In this document: positions 14,579-26,498 of the stretch, piece after piece
Layout: each line of letters starts with the position of its first letter
Position numbering within the stretch: position 1 is the first letter of the stretch
DNA from: Microcoleus sp.
GTDB taxonomy: Bacteria; Cyanobacteriota; Cyanobacteriia; Cyanobacteriales; Microcoleaceae
Direction of reading: 5' to 3'
Assembly (NCBI GenBank): GCA_042408215.1
Contig: JAYFMW010000006.1
Location: 640,001-704,000 of the forward strand
Length of the DNA stretch: 64,000 bases
Position numbers and translations under genes: made by a program
Notes under the pieces: generated by a model
The model's input: only the letters and a program-made list of their open reading frames with translations
Told to the model about the DNA's origin: nothing
Databases searched by the model: none

Positions 14579-15269
14579 ATCCTTTCCGTTCCCCTCTCTC
14601 CCCTTCTCTCCCCTTCTCCCCGGAATGCGATCGCAGGCAATTTATCTGCGTCACAGCTTAGAGCTTGTAGACAGCAACATACAGATGCCAAGCTTGTTTT
14701 TAGGCATCTACTAAAAATCCAAACTGTATGATTAATTGCACAGAGCGAGAAAATTTTTGCTACCGGCAACTATGCCCTTAGCGTTGGGGAATGCTTTTCT
14801 GATAATATTCAACGAACAATTCACAGATCCTGGCTCCAAGAGAGTGCTGAGTGGTAGATGCACCCTCTGGAGTGAGATTGTCTGGTAGGAACTGATGAAG
14901 CTGGATGTTACCCCTCTTGGTTTCACCCATTCTCGTTCAACCCTTCTATCAGTTTCACATATTTTTCTCACCGTTACATCCGCGATCGCACGGATTTTAT
15001 ATTCTCCGTAATTTCACCCAACTACCAGCGGGCCCGTAATTACCGATCGAGCCGCTCGATCGCCAGTATAGGTGACAATTGGTCGATCGGCCACCATGCT
15101 GCATCAGTCAATCAATTTGAGATTAAAGAATTGAAGAAAGCCACCCCCTCCTGAGTCTGCCCCGGAATGAATCCAGGGGCTTGTACCCTGGATGCTTTCA
15201 GTCAAGATTTTATAGAAGATGGCGGTTTCTTCCCTGAAGGGCGAATATTAATAAACTTGTTCACGTTAT

Positions 15270-15786
15270 CTAATTTAGCTTGAGCGTTTTTTGCCACCAA
15301 CTGCTGTACAAATTAACAGTCGATCGCAGCATCGCATCTTTCGACAACCTATTAATAATATTGATGGTGTCAGCATTAGCAACAATTGCGATCGCAGTTC
15401 CGAGCAAAATAGCAACACCTCTCGAATTTCCATTGTAAACGCCCGAAGCCCGCTGCATAGAGCGGTCAAACCATGTTTCAATTTATCGCTGAAACTGCTG
15501 CAACTGTTTCTGAGTATCACCGCCCTCTTTTTCGGCGCGCTGTGCTAAAATATAAAGGCTATTTTTCAGAGATTCTGGCATACTATCAACTGTTTCTTGA
15601 ATTTGTTTGTAAATCGGACTGTCCTCTTTCTCCTCCAGAATTTCTGTTACAGTCTCCTGAGTATTCCTGACTTGGCCCGCCACGGCAAAACAGTAGCAAT
15701 CAATTCCTGAATTTCGGAAGCTAGTAAGCTTAAACTCAGGTAGATAAAAACTAAGCCGATGATAATATGATGACGGGTAAATTCAT
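15270..15786 (-). pseudogene. Degraded conserved cyanobacterial membrane protein
   Basis: Fragments LSLSLLASEIQELIATVLPWRAK / LQQFQR*IETWFDRSMQRASGVY...VAILLG...ANADT, broken by stops and frameshifts. Confidence 0.65.
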
Positions 15787-15918
15787 AAAAAATCTCTGGT
15801 CGTAAATAACACTTGTCTAAGTTTACCGGAAATTTGGGACGCTAATATAGCAACCTTTTCGGCAGTTAGGAGGTTTTCAAGTGCTGAAGCCATTGATTTT
15901 ATTGCATTTTCACATTGA

Positions 15919-15979
15919 CTTCTTCCTTCTTCCTTCTTCCTTCTTCCTTCTTCCTTCTTCCTTCTTCCTTCTTCCTTCT
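15919..15979. repeat. Heptamer tandem repeat (TTCCTTC)n
   Basis: About 8 units directly visible. Confidence 0.9.
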
Positions 15980-15999
15980 GCGATAACTATCTTAAACTT

Positions 16000-17661
16000 A
16001 TGTCAGAAATCTTTCCACCGAGCACCGGAAAATACACAAGTCGCCTCAATGACAACTCGACAGATAAACTGTGGATGTTGGCTTGGATGTTCGCTGCTTT
16101 ACTAATCTTCGGGCTGAATCTCGGCGGCGTGGCTTTGCGGGATTGGGATGAAGCTATTGTGGCCCAGGTGAGTCGCGAAATCTGGCGCGGTAACTTAAAT
16201 TGGCTGTATCCAACCATCGACGGAGTGCCTTATTTGAACAAGCCACCCCTGGTACACTGGCTGATCGGGCTGTGTTTTGCCGTCGGCGGTGTCAGCGAAT
16301 GGACAGCCCGGTTGATGCCCGCCTTCCTCACAGCCACTTCAGTGCCCCTGCTTTACGCCATTGGCAGGGAGTTGTTTCCCAGACGCTCGATCGCCATTTT
16401 TTCGACTTTGGTCTATCTGACGCTGTTACCGGTGGTGCGGAATGGACGTTTGGCGATGTTGGATGGGGCGGTTTTGTGTTTTTTGCTGGCGGCGATGTGG
16501 TGTTTGTTGCGATCGCGCCGTGATTTGCGCTACGCCTTGGGCGCCGGTATTGGCTTCGGACTCATTTGCTTGACTAAGGGCGTGATGTTGGGGCTGCTAC
16601 TGGGGGCGATCGGCTTTTTGTTCCTAGTTTGGGATACCCCGCGACTCCTCACTTCTGGGTATCTTTGGGGCGGATTGGCGATCGGAACTGTCCCAGTAGC
16701 AGGTTGGTATTTTGCCCAATGGGTGCACTATGGTCAAGATTTCATCAACACCAATTTAGTCAACCAATCATTCCGGCGCATTTTGGAAACTGTTGAGCGT
16801 CACAAAGCCCCACCCTGGTATTATGTTTTAGAAATTTTCAAATCAGCTTGGCCTTGGCAATTATTTTGGCTGCAAGGACTGCGTTTGACATGGGAAAATC
16901 GCAATTTTCCTGGACCGAAATTAGTTTTAGTTTGGAGTGGAGTTTATCTGCTGGCTATTTCGGTGATGAATACTAAATTGCCTTGGTATATCTTACCAAT
17001 TTATCCAGCTTTTGCCCTAGCTGTTGGCAGTTATCTCGCCGAAGTTTGGGAGCAAATGTGGCTACCAGAAGAACGGGAAAAAGAGGAAGCAGAGGAACAT
17101 TTTGATGCTGTATCTTGTTTACCTCATCCGGCGATTTTGGGAGTGCTGGCTATAGTTGCTGTTGTCGGCTGCATTTACTTCAGCGGCTTAGTGCAAATTG
17201 GGAAACAAATTGCGCCGATGGAGCGAGATTTGCAGTTAATGCTGATGTTTGTAGCGTTGACAATGACAATATCGGCTGTGTTGCTGCATCGAAAAGACCG
17301 ACAGTTTCTATTAGTTTTAATTTGGGGAACTTACGTTACGCTGTTGGTATTTGTCGCATCAGATAACTGGGTTTGGGAATTGGCGGAGGATTATCCAGTT
17401 AAGCCGATCGCCGAAATAGTCCGCCAAGGAACCCCGGCTGGTCAACAAGTGTTTACTTCTCACCGCTTACCGCGTCCATCGCTGAATTTTTACAGCGAAC
17501 ACCAAGTTATTGTGGCTGACGGGCCAACACTAAAAGAAAAATGGCAAACTCTCCCTCAACCTTATTTTCTGTTGGAGAAACCAGTGCTCAAACATCTAGG
17601 TTTGCAGAATGCTGAGATTGTGAAAACAGTTGATGATTGGGTTTTGGTAACTCGAAAATAA
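16000..17661 (+). CDS. ArnT/GT39-like glycosyltransferase
   Basis: DWDEAIVAQVSRE, YLNKPPLVHW, LTKG, KLPWYILPIYP; multiple TM segments. Confidence 0.9.
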   Translation: MSEIFPPSTGKYTSRLNDNSTDKLWMLAWMFAALLIFGLNLGGVALRDWDEAIVAQVSREIWRGNLNWLYPTIDGVPYLNKPPLVHWLIGLCFAVGGVSEWTARLMPAFLTATSVPLLYAIGRELFPRRSIAIFSTLVYLTLLPVVRNGRLAMLDGAVLCFLLAAMWCLLRSRRDLRYALGAGIGFGLICLTKGVMLGLLLGAIGFLFLVWDTPRLLTSGYLWGGLAIGTVPVAGWYFAQWVHYGQDFINTNLVNQSFRRILETVERHKAPPWYYVLEIFKSAWPWQLFWLQGLRLTWENRNFPGPKLVLVWSGVYLLAISVMNTKLPWYILPIYPAFALAVGSYLAEVWEQMWLPEEREKEEAEEHFDAVSCLPHPAILGVLAIVAVVGCIYFSGLVQIGKQIAPMERDLQLMLMFVALTMTISAVLLHRKDRQFLLVLIWGTYVTLLVFVASDNWVWELAEDYPVKPIAEIVRQGTPAGQQVFTSHRLPRPSLNFYSEHQVIVADGPTLKEKWQTLPQPYFLLEKPVLKHLGLQNAEIVKTVDDWVLVTRK

Positions 17662-17664
17662 GTT

Positions 17665-18087
17665 GAGTAGTCAGAAACCGGGTTTTTTCCACAAGACTCA
17701 TTACAGACCGAAAACTGCGAAAAACCCGGTTTCTTTGGTTTACGAGTAATCAGAAACCGGGTTTTTTCCACAAGACTCATTACAGCACCCAAAACTGCGA
17801 AAAACCCGGTTTCTTTGGTTTACGAGTAATCAGAAACCGGGTTTTTTCCACAAGACTCATTACAGACCGAAAACTGCGAAAAACCCGGTTTCTTTGGTTT
17901 ACGAGTAATCAGAAACCGGGTTTTTTCCACAAGACTCATTACAGACCGAAAACTGCGAAAAACCCGGTTTCTTTGGTTTACGAGTAGTCAGAAACCGGGT
18001 TTTTTCCACAAGACTCATTACAGACCGAAAACTGCGAAAAACCCGGTTTCTTTGGTTTACGAGTAGTCAGAAACCGGGTTTTTACCA
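17665..18087. repeat. 79-bp tandem palindromic repeat (AGAAACCGGGTTTTT...AAAAACCCGGTTTCT), 5 copies plus a partial
   Basis: Near-identical units abutting the CRISPR trailer. Confidence 0.93.
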
Positions 18088-21000
18088 CATTCAATTAGTT
18101 TCCCCAACGAGTGGGGAGTACACAGACGATCGAGAAATATCTAGACGAAGCACAATTTAAGTTTCCATTCAATTAGTTTCCCCAACGAGTGGGGAGTTAA
18201 GACTTACACTGACAAAGATGCTAGTCATTTAATGTTTCCATTCAATTAGTTTCCCCAACGAGTGGGGAGTTTCGATCGCGCTGAGCCATAGTCATCGCCA
18301 ACCGCAGTCCAGTTTCCATTCAATTAGTTTCCCCAACGAGTGGGGAGCAAAGATATGATTCGCTATTTAGTCAGCGATAGGCGGTTTCCATTCAATTAGT
18401 TTCCCCAACGAGTGGGGAGCGACAGAACAAATAAGAGTTCCCAATTTGCACAACAGAAAAGTTTCCATTCAATTAGTTTCCCCAACGAGTGGGGAGCAAG
18501 CACATAACAGCCAAGGTAGCGCCCATAGGGTTGTTTCCATTCAATTAGTTTCCCCAACGAGTGGGGAGCGTCACAAGAGCTCAAGGTTATGACAACCTCG
18601 ACCTAGTTTCCATTCAATTAGTTTCCCCAACGAGTGGGGAGTTGTGGTATGTAGAGGCGGTAGCTGGACGTACTCGCAATCAATAGTTTCCATTCAATTA
18701 GTTTCCCCAACGAGTGGGGAGTAGTTATCTACGGAGGTGTGGAATGGCACCCTCGTTTCCATTCAATTAGTTTCCCCAACGAGTGGGGAGATATCGTTGG
18801 AAAATCTGGAAGAACCACCAGAACCAGACGGCGACGAACTAGACGTTTCCATTCAATTAGTTTCCCCAACGAGTGGGGAGCGAATTGCAGCCAGAAATGC
18901 AACTTGGCCCAACTGCAGGCAATGGAGTTTCCATTCAATTAGTTTCCCCAACGAGTGGGGAGTTCTGTAACGGTGAAGAAGACTTATACGTAAAGGCTAC
19001 AAGAAGGGTTTCCATTCAATTAGTTTCCCCAACGAGTGGGGAGGGGCGGTATGTATTGTCAGGCCTAGGCTTCCTTACTGACCTTGGTTTCCATTCAATT
19101 AGTTTCCCCAACGAGTGGGGAGCTTCCGCAAAACCCAATTTCGATTAAACACCCTAATTAGCTCGTTTCCATTCAATTAGTTTCCCCAACGAGTGGGGAG
19201 AGCACATCAGCAACCCCCGTAACTTGGTATAGCAACAACTACTGGGTTTCCATTCAATTAGTTTCCCCAACGAGTGGGGAGTCAACATACGCAACGAGCA
19301 GGGTGCCAAGCAAACCTATGTCTGTTTCCATTCAATTAGTTTCCCCAACGAGTGGGGAGACGGCCGTAAGATACGCTGATTTGTTGCTTCAAAAAATTAC
19401 AGAAGTTTCCATTCAATTAGTTTCCCCAACGAGTGGGGAGTTTTAATCCTCCCGTTCTTGTATCCCGATTCAGGATGTTTCCATTCAATTAGTTTCCCCA
19501 ACGAGTGGGGAGCAAGAATGCGACGGACGCTGGTGGGCATGGCTAGACGGTGGCATGTTTCCATTCAATTAGTTTCCCCAACGAGTGGGGAGCGCTGTCT
19601 ATCGTGTACAAAAGCGTGTAAAGTATCTAGTTTCCATTCAATTAGTTTCCCCAACGAGTGGGGAGGAATGAAGGACCTGATGGTAAGAAGAAGGATGGTA
19701 CTGTTTCCATTCAATTAGTTTCCCCAACGAGTGGGGAGTTGAGGTCAGTATCCACCCCATTCAGAGGGGCGGTACGTTTCCATTCAATTAGTTTCCCCAA
19801 CGAGTGGGGAGCCCATAGCTTAGTGAAGGCCGGCCCCAGCGAAGGTAAGTTTCCATTCAATTAGTTTCCCCAACGAGTGGGGAGGGGTGGGTACCTCGCT
19901 CAAGCCCATGGGTGCTACGGTTTCCATTCAATTAGTTTCCCCAACGAGTGGGGAGGTTGGGTACATGTAAGACACCACACAAACCCATGGTGAGCAAGTT
20001 TCCATTCAATTAGTTTCCCCAACGAGTGGGGAGCCTTCTTCGAGTCCTTCACTATCGCCCTACAAAATAAGGGTGTTTCCATTCAATTAGTTTCCCCAAC
20101 GAGTGGGGAGGAGTCTACCAATACCTTCTATAGAAGCACCATACACAGTGGTTTCCATTCAATTAGTTTCCCCAACGAGTGGGGAGATGGTTATCTTCTG
20201 AGGTTGGACAACAAGTAGAGGCAATGGGTTTCCATTCAATTAGTTTCCCCAACGAGTGGGGAGTGCCCGTAAGTCCGTGTCTCGCCGTACTCAATCCATT
20301 GTTTCCATTCAATTAGTTTCCCCAACGAGTGGGGAGCGCGTCAATACCAGTAAATGTATGGTATACACCCCTTATGTTTCCATTCAATTAGTTTCCCCAA
20401 CGAGTGGGGAGCACTCAGCTATATAGCGCTGTCTTCAAAGCAGCAGGCTTAGGTTTCCATTCAATTAGTTTCCCCAACGAGTGGGGAGAAGGAGTACCGC
20501 ATCTATGGCCCTGGGGAAGAGATGGTAGGTTTCCATTCAATTAGTTTCCCCAACGAGTGGGGAGCCAATAATCAAACTATCAGCACCACCATGAACGGTT
20601 TCCATTCAATTAGTTTCCCCAACGAGTGGGGAGCCAACCCTGATGCTCAGTGCAGCAACCACTTTCCGTTTCCATTCAATTAGTTTCCCCAACGAGTGGG
20701 GAGCTTGGATCAGATATCCGTGCTCCTCGCCGAGGAAGTAAAGTTTCCATTCAATTAGTTTCCCCAACGAGTGGGGAGTGTACAAATCGAAGATAGTGAC
20801 AACAAGGAAGGTTTCCATTCAATTAGTTTCCCCAACGAGTGGGGAGGTATTAAGACTGCGTTAATGGGGGAAAAGATTGTCGCAATTAGTTTCCATTCAA
20901 TTAGTTTCCCCAACGAGTGGGGAGGGAATGAATTAAAAGCGCTAACCGCACCCGTAGAGCCAGAGCGTTTCCATTCAATTAGTTTCCCCAACGAGTGGGG

Positions 21001-22762
21001 AGTATAGGAAAGCTAATAAATGGTCCCTATGCAGTAGTACGTTTCCATTCAATTAGTTTCCCCAACGAGTGGGGAGAAGATGACGGCAAGGCGTGGTCAC
21101 ACAGCACATACGCGTTTCCATTCAATTAGTTTCCCCAACGAGTGGGGAGAAGGCAAACCCCCACACCTCTAGCAAAGACAAGGGGTCTAGTTTCCATTCA
21201 ATTAGTTTCCCCAACGAGTGGGGAGGGCGGCTGCATTGCATGGATTCAATAACGTGGCCTTTGTCATCGAGGTTTCCATTCAATTAGTTTCCCCAACGAG
21301 TGGGGAGAGAATACCGAAATAACGACCGACATCCTGATACTAAAATTTCCATTCAATTAGTTTCCCCAACGAGTGGGGAGCCTTGTTAGTTAATGGCGCC
21401 ATTGAAGGTACCCAAGTGTATTTCCATTCAATTAGTTTCCCCAACGAGTGGGGAGGGTAACATTACCCGATGTAAGGGTATTAGTGGGAGATCCATCTAC
21501 TGTGCCAAATTTCCATTCAATTAGTTTCCCCAACGAGTGGGGAGTAAGAAGGTAATCAACAACAACCTAATCCCTGCTGCTATTGCAAAATTTCCATTCA
21601 ATTAGTTTCCCCAACGAGTGGGGAGTCTATCAACCCTTCATTCATTGAGACAGTCTCCCTAATTTCCATTCAATTAGTTTCCCCAACGAGTGGGGAGATC
21701 AAAGTAATCAATCATCATGGCTAACATATTCAATTTCCATTCAATTAGTTTCCCCAACGAGTGGGGAGTTGGCTGCTTCATCTGCCACTAACTCCGCAGC
21801 TAAAGCAGCATTTCCATTCAATTAGTTTCCCCAACGAGTGGGGAGGTAATCAATGGGGTAACGGTGCACGCTATCTGTGCTGCTAAATTTCCATTCAATT
21901 AGTTTCCCCAACGAGTGGGGAGTGACCTATGCAGACCTAACTAAGGTGGACCACACTGAAATTTCCATTCAATTAGTTTCCCCAACGAGTGGGGAGTGTC
22001 TCCAAGGCACGCCGTTGTACTCAAGTCTCTGCCGTTAATTTCCATTCAATTAGTTTCCCCAACGAGTGGGGAGTCTACACCCTCCTCGATACCAGTGCGG
22101 TGGGATATAAGGAATGCGATTTCCATTCAATTAGTTTCCCCAACGAGTGGGGAGGTCCATCGCTAACTTCCTGACCCCCGTAATGAAAGAGGGAGAATTT
22201 CCATTCAATTAGTTTCCCCAACGAGTGGGGAGGATAACATCGTAGATAAAGCCGCCCGTAAGGCTGAAGCTAAATTTCCATTCAATTAGTTTCCCCAACG
22301 AGTGGGGAGGATAATACCCCTGTACCAGTATCACAGTGGCTCTGTGGTAATTTCCATTCAATTAGTTTCCCCAACGAGTGGGGAGAGCAAGAAGAACGAC
22401 ACATGTCAAAGCTCCAAGAGGAAATTTCCATTCAATTAGTTTCCCCAACGAGTGGGGAGTTAACTTGACAGCTCGTTAATCGCTGAGGAGTTTTTCGCAT
22501 TTCCATTCAATTAGTTTCCCCAACGAGTGGGGAGTCTTGTTTTTTGTTTGTGTCCGAGGTGTTACCCTCATACAAATTTCCATTCAATTAGTTTCCCCAA
22601 CGAGTGGGGAGCACAATTGGGTGAGAATATCTCGTACACTCCCGAATTTCCATTCAATTAGTTTCCCCAACGAGTGGGGAGCCTAGGGTGGTGCCATAAC
22701 GATCTACACGGCAACAACATAGTCATATTTCCATTCAATTAGTTTCCCCAACGAGTGGGGAG
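18088..22762 (-). CRISPR. CRISPR array 1: about 62 repeats / 61 spacers; repeat CTCCCCACTCGTTGGGGAAACTAATTGAATGGAAAC (minus strand)
   Basis: Repeats counted manually; spacers about 32-54 nt; leader next to cas2 at the right end; trailer repeat truncated at 18088. Confidence 0.99.
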
Positions 22763-22949
22763 TCCTCTACATTAAACCTCATACAGCGCAAGATGTCTAG
22801 AGGCCATTTGCGAGGACTCCCAAAAATCTCTGTACAAACACCCTCCCAACCAATGTTACTAATGCCTGAAACCCTTACAGGGCAGTATATCGAAGGCTCC
22901 GACGAACTTCCGCCATCACAGCCATTTCTTCCAGCCCTCGCGAGTGATA
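22763..22949 (-). promoter_or_regulatory. CRISPR leader of array 1
   Basis: Lies between the cas2 stop and the first repeat; near-identical copy flanks array 2. Confidence 0.9.
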
Positions 22950-23231
22950 TTAGATAATCACCGACCCCGGCAACTCCGTGACAGGCGGGCCCACCCCCCA
23001 AGTCTGAACATTGCCCAAAGTATGCCCCGACACAGGATAGAACCTAATACTGTCCTCATCTAAATTGATTAACTTTCGGAGTCGCCGCTGGAGTTCTGCA
23101 AACTTCGCAGTTGGCAGCACACACTCAAAGGTAGAATATTGCACCCACTTGCCGTAACCTTTGAGTAAGTCATGCACCTTTTGTCTGCGCTTGTCAACCG
23201 GAATATCGTAGACAACGATATAAAGCAGCAT
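22950..23231 (-). CDS. cas2: CRISPR-associated endoribonuclease Cas2
   Basis: YIVVYDIPVDKRR, WVQYSTFEC, DSIRFYP. Confidence 0.97.
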   Translation of the reverse strand: MLLYIVVYDIPVDKRRQKVHDLLKGYGKWVQYSTFECVLPTAKFAELQRRLRKLINLDEDSIRFYPVSGHTLGNVQTWGVGPPVTELPGSVII

Positions 23232-23234
23232 ACT

Positions 23235-24233
23235 TTATCGAATTTGATAAGGTTGATAAAGCTCAAGAGGATTGTATACAAACTGCTTGAAAGCTTTCAC
23301 CTGCTGGTTAAGCAAATCCCATTTAGGTTGAGTGTCCCCGGAATTATTAGTAAAACCCTCTTCCATCCGTCGCAGAAAAGCTGTCAAAAATTTCTGTCGC
23401 CCAGAATCATTGAGAAAACAGCCACTATTTCGGAAAACAAAATCTTGGTCAGCTTTCATCATGCCGTTATTGACAAGATAAAAAACCAAACTATCAATAA
23501 TCGGTGCCCGAAATTCCTCAATCAAATCCGAAGCCAAAGCCGCATGGCGTTCCGTTCCCTGATGCAAACAAGCCGAATAAGGATCGAGCCCTTGCAACTC
23601 AATCAAACTCAACAAATGATTCCAGAGAACTTGATAGCCAAAACTGAGCATAGAATTAACCGGATTACCCGGAGGGCGGCGCGACCTACCCACAAACACA
23701 AAATCAGGATTGCTCAAACACTCTTCAAAAGCCGAAAAATACTGAGCCGCCCCCGCACCTTCCATCCCCATCAACTTCTCAATAGTTTCAGCCTCCCCAG
23801 CTTTTTTGATTAAATGTTCCAAACAGTTAATTGCAAAAGCAATGACATCAGAAGCTTGTCGGCGCTGCTGTCGCATGAGGATCACCCTGCTGTTTTTCAG
23901 CTTAGCCTGCACAATGCGTCTGGCTACTTGCAAACGTTCAGCAAAACACAACTGTTGCTGATAGCGAGAGAGTTGTCTGTAGCCCCGTTCGATAGGAAGA
24001 ATCCGCCCGTAACAGTAACCCATGCGGGAAAGATAAGCAATGGGAATATTCCGCCACAGACAAGTTCTAATTGCTTGAGTTGTGACTTGAGACTTACCAA
24101 AAATCAGCAGTTGTTCAAGCAAAGGAAGCTGTATTTCACCCAGCACAGATTCGCCTTTTTTGATAACCAACATTTCTTGGTGCAAGGAAACGTAACAACC
24201 AGGTTGAGAAACATAAACGGTACGCATAAGCAA
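23235..24233 (-). CDS. cas1: CRISPR integrase Cas1 (no RT fusion)
   Basis: MGMEGAGAAQYF, RSRRPPGNPVNSMLSFGY, ALASDLIEEFRAPIID. Confidence 0.98.
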   Translation of the reverse strand: MLMRTVYVSQPGCYVSLHQEMLVIKKGESVLGEIQLPLLEQLLIFGKSQVTTQAIRTCLWRNIPIAYLSRMGYCYGRILPIERGYRQLSRYQQQLCFAERLQVARRIVQAKLKNSRVILMRQQRRQASDVIAFAINCLEHLIKKAGEAETIEKLMGMEGAGAAQYFSAFEECLSNPDFVFVGRSRRPPGNPVNSMLSFGYQVLWNHLLSLIELQGLDPYSACLHQGTERHAALASDLIEEFRAPIIDSLVFYLVNNGMMKADQDFVFRNSGCFLNDSGRQKFLTAFLRRMEEGFTNNSGDTQPKWDLLNQQVKAFKQFVYNPLELYQPYQIR

Positions 24234-24239
24234 TTATTG

Positions 24240-24473
24240 GGTAATCAGAAACCGGGTTTTTCCGAAATACTTCGTCACACCACCTAAAAACCCATAAAAA
24301 CCCGGTTTCTTAGATTTTCGGGTAGCCAGAAACCGGGTTTTTGCGACAATACTCGTTACCGACGCAAAAACCCCGAAAAACCCGGTTTCTTAGACTTTGG
24401 AGTAGCCAGAAACCGGGTTTTTGCGAAAATACTCGTTACCGACGCAAAAACCCGGAAAAACCCGGTTTCTTAG
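24240..24473. repeat. Three units of the AGAAACCGGGTTTTT palindromic repeat family
   Basis: Same inverted ends as 17665 and 45087, with a different core. Confidence 0.85.
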
Positions 24474-24568
24474 ATTGTTGTGTGGGGGCGGGTTTATGTA
24501 GATGGTTGGTGGGTTTCAAATGTTATTGGTGAAACCCGCCCCTACAGCATTTGGATGGAGATATAAAA

Positions 24569-24853
24569 TTATTTCCGTTCTAAATTTTGCGAATCCCGTG
24601 GGAGAATTTGCGACGATTCCGGGGTATAATCTAAGGAATTTGGGATTTCTTTGGTGCGAGAAGGTTGGAGGTAGCGAACGATTTGGTCGGCGATGGTGGA
24701 TGCAAAAAAAGTGGCTAATGTGACTAGGAATGTGTTAGAAATTACCGCTGCTAATCCCAGGGGTGCGATGAGGAGAATGATGAGAGTGATGGTGCCGTTG
24801 ACGGCGGCTAGGGAGAAGTTGCGGATTGTGGAGGCGCGAGATGTGATGTACAT
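24569..24853 (-). CDS. csx18: CRISPR-associated membrane protein Csx18
   Basis: 94 aa, VNGTITLIILLIAPLGLAAVISNTFLV; upstream of cas1 as in cyanobacterial type III loci. Confidence 0.8.
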   Translation of the reverse strand: MYITSRASTIRNFSLAAVNGTITLIILLIAPLGLAAVISNTFLVTLATFFASTIADQIVRYLQPSRTKEIPNSLDYTPESSQILPRDSQNLERK

Positions 24854-24999
24854 AGTTGTGTTATTTTGTGTTGAATATGGATGGTAAAGTTTGGTTGTAA
24901 ATGGTGGTTGAAGGTAAAAATTTTAGTTAAGTTTGTGAGGCGGCCGGGGGTTGAAAACCCCGGCGGATGGGTGAATCTGTTGCAGATAGATAGTCGGTT

Positions 25000-26496
25000 T
25001 TATTTTTGCAGTTCGTAACGGGCGATCGCGTTCACCAATTCATCATGTACTTTCGCCATCAAACTAGCTGATTTTAACGAAACAAAGTTTTGCTTTGAAA
25101 CGAAATTTAAACAGCCCAAAACTCGCGATTCCCACTTTTCTTTACTATCTGTATTCCAAGCTTGGAATACATCTTTTCCCTCCAAACCATGCAAAGAATG
25201 AAAAGTCAAATTTCTTTCACCTATGGTATCGCCAGCAACTATTTGAATGTGAGGGTTTTGATTCCATTTATCTCGGTCAGATGCTTCAAGTAAAGTAAAT
25301 AGTGCTTTACCAAATAAGCCCACATTATTGTAATCGCGATTTTTATTTGCATTAAACCAATACCGTAAATTCTGAGGCAAATTTACATCATGGATATATG
25401 CTGTACTTGGTTGCTTGGCATTAGAGTATTTAATTTGTGGCTTATACTTGTATAATGCCCATTCTTTAATCAATCCTTCCACAGCCCGAAAACTGTGAAA
25501 TAGTGCCTCAACAGTGTTGTCTTGTTTTAAACGAATCACGCCTAAATAAGCAGCCTCATAACCCATCCACCACCACTCATTCAAACGCTCTTCTGCAACT
25601 TCTCCCCTAGCCTTACCAAAATCTTCAAACTTAGCAAAATTCCACTGTACCGCCATTCCTAACAAATCGCGAATTTCCACCAATAACGGATCTACAGAAT
25701 CTTTCCAGTAAGGTTTTAAAATGAGTTCAACTCCCTGGTAGTCATAGCGCTTTAATAACGCTTTCGCCTCTTGGACTAGCATCCCCTGCAAATAAGTAGA
25801 GCTTTCTATAAAATCACCCTTCTCTGCTAACTTTTCTTCATACTCATTGCTCACCAAAAACTTGACTTTATTACCAAACTTTGCTAAGCAATCAAATTGA
25901 ACAGCCGAAGAAATAGCTGGAGTTCCCGCCTGATGGCTAACATAGACATTTGCACTTTTATCAAACTCTAAACTAGACAAAGCTTGCTGAACCAGAAACA
26001 GTGCTTTATTCCAATTATCTAATCCCTCATTTTGGGATTTTGGTTTCAATTCTAAGTAATCAATTGATTTAACTTTAGGAAATTTTCTCTCAAAATATTT
26101 CTCAAATATCGGCTGAAGAGTGCAAGTATCCTGCCAATAGGGACTTTTTTCTATCCTCCTGTCTTGCTCATCAAAAACTGCTTCCTGATTAGTCAAAATC
26201 ACGATGATTCTGTCAGGATTTGTTCTGCCTTGTTCTAGCAGCTTGGCAGAAAAAGCATCCAACAGCGGAAAGTGCAAATCCTCATAATATTCATCTGTCA
26301 ACTGCGTTCCATAAACCATCCCCATCGCTCTCGCTGGTACGATAAAAGGTTCGCTATCATCAGTATTAGGCGGTTTTGTAGGTGCAAAACGGCGATCGTA
26401 TAATTGACTTCTCACCTTTCTAAACAAAGTCCCCCAATTGTCATCAGTTTTGAGCTTGACATCGCTGTTACCAGTAGTCACAATCCAGATATTCAT
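25000..26496 (-). CDS. Putative CARF-HEPN type III effector (Csm6/Csx1-like)
   Basis: Rossmann-like N-terminus (IVTTGNSD; VYVSHQAGTPAIS); C-terminal RNLTFH fits the HEPN RX4H motif. Confidence 0.7.
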   Translation of the reverse strand: MNIWIVTTGNSDVKLKTDDNWGTLFRKVRSQLYDRRFAPTKPPNTDDSEPFIVPARAMGMVYGTQLTDEYYEDLHFPLLDAFSAKLLEQGRTNPDRIIVILTNQEAVFDEQDRRIEKSPYWQDTCTLQPIFEKYFERKFPKVKSIDYLELKPKSQNEGLDNWNKALFLVQQALSSLEFDKSANVYVSHQAGTPAISSAVQFDCLAKFGNKVKFLVSNEYEEKLAEKGDFIESSTYLQGMLVQEAKALLKRYDYQGVELILKPYWKDSVDPLLVEIRDLLGMAVQWNFAKFEDFGKARGEVAEERLNEWWWMGYEAAYLGVIRLKQDNTVEALFHSFRAVEGLIKEWALYKYKPQIKYSNAKQPSTAYIHDVNLPQNLRYWFNANKNRDYNNVGLFGKALFTLLEASDRDKWNQNPHIQIVAGDTIGERNLTFHSLHGLEGKDVFQAWNTDSKEKWESRVLGCLNFVSKQNFVSLKSASLMAKVHDELVNAIARYELQK

Positions 26497-26498
26497 AA

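Noticed and set aside
14308..14971. ORFs of 153, 125 and 79 aa
   Set aside because: The first two cross a MITE; none shows a recognisable domain.
17665..18087. 79-bp repeats as a second CRISPR or TIGR-like guide array
   Set aside because: Interiors are essentially identical within the locus and no adjacent effector is present.
18396..22174. ORFs within array 1 (and 34705-36506 in array 2)
   Set aside because: Read-through of repeats ([23 protein letters not shown]).
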